A stretch of DNA of 32,939 bases from Chthoniobacterales bacterium (GTDB lineage Bacteria > Verrucomicrobiota > Verrucomicrobiia > Chthoniobacterales > JAFAMB01), in contig DASZGG010000244.1 of the NCBI GenBank assembly GCA_035939025.1, positions 1 through 32,939 of the forward strand. The letters run 5' to 3'. Under the pieces are notes generated by a model. The model was not told the origin of the DNA. It did no database searches and saw nothing but the letters and a program-made list of their open reading frames with translations. Positions within the stretch are counted from its first letter, which is position 1, and every line of letters begins with the position of its first letter. This document shows positions 32,579 to 32,939 of the stretch, in pieces. The position numbers and the translations under genes are program-made.

Positions 32579-32939
32579 AGCCTCTCTACTGGTGCGGGTA
32601 CACACTTTGCAAAACTGTCGCTAATATCGGCTTCCAGTACCGGGCATTTGGGCAGGAGAACATAATCGAAGATGGTCCTGCGATCATGGCCGCAAACCAT
32701 CAGAGCTACCTCGATCCGCCACTCGTTGGGATCACTTGCCGCGCGGAATTATATTTTCTGGCACGAAAAACACTTTTCGAAAACAAGCTATTCGGTTCAA
32801 TCCTTTCCCGGGTTAACGCGCTGCCGGTGGATCTCTCGAAAGGAGATCTTACGGCCGTCCGGACGGTCATCAACCTGCTCAAACAGGGGCATCGAACAGT
32901 CATTTTCCCGGAAGGAACCCGGTCCTTGACCGGCGAAAT
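32575..32939 (+). CDS. plsC: 1-acyl-sn-glycerol-3-phosphate acyltransferase (N-terminal part; the ORF runs off the right edge)
   Basis: Absent from the track because there is no stop in the window. My translation from ATG 32575 is MKPLYWCGYTLCKTVANIGFQYRAFGQENIIEDGPAIMAANHQSYLDPP...VIFPEGTRSLTGE, with the HxxxxD and FPEGTR acyltransferase motifs. It has an ATGA overlap with the cmk stop. Confidence 0.85.
   Translation, partial: MKPLYWCGYTLCKTVANIGFQYRAFGQENIIEDGPAIMAANHQSYLDPPLVGITCRAELYFLARKTLFENKLFGSILSRVNALPVDLSKGDLTAVRTVINLLKQGHRTVIFPEGTRSLTGE

Overview
This window is about 33 kb of ordinary core genome. I count 35 protein genes, two of them cut by the window edges. They cover translation (rpsA, rpsR, rpmG, argS, prmA), RNA metabolism (rho, rnd, rnc, rnhC), DNA repair (nth, mutY) and aromatic amino-acid synthesis (DAHP synthase, trpB, tyrA, aroA). 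The remainder are fabI, cmk, plsC, coaE, phoU, a PtsN-like EIIA, a DksA-like factor, an IHF/HU protein, aminotransferases and a few others. I found no rRNA, tRNA, CRISPR array, transposase, integrase, phage gene or recognisable defence gene. The gene set (RNase HIII, Thermotoga-type DAHP synthase with a ferredoxin-like N-domain) loosely suggests a PVC/Verrucomicrobia-like bacterium, but that is a guess. The ORF track shows GTG and TTG starts as M (checked at several ORFs). I therefore re-evaluated starts by homology and shortened several. I also added three genes missing from the track: rpsA and plsC, which run off the edges, and the 57-aa rpmG. The unusual content is non-coding. (1) Three intergenic hairpin elements have arms built from tandem heptamers, (GTTTTGR)5-6 - unique loop - (YCAAAAC)5. 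They share loop-border sequences and fill the spacer between stop and next start codon almost to the nucleotide. A fourth element has the same architecture but an octamer unit (AAGAATTC/GAATTCTT). (2) A 45-52 nt palindromic hairpin occurs twice, with compensatory base changes between the copies. (3) A short direct-repeat motif is triplicated after phoU and occurs again 12.6 kb away. I cannot assign any of these to a described family from memory. Three proteins also look function-shifted: a GlgA homologue with substitutions at Lys15 and Glu377 (E. coli numbering), an RF-1-domain protein with the GGQ loop deleted in frame, and a DksA-like protein with only two of four zinc-finger cysteines. I see no evidence for a multi-gene novel system. 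All statements rest on reading the sequence and on remembered reference sequences, with no searches or folding runs.
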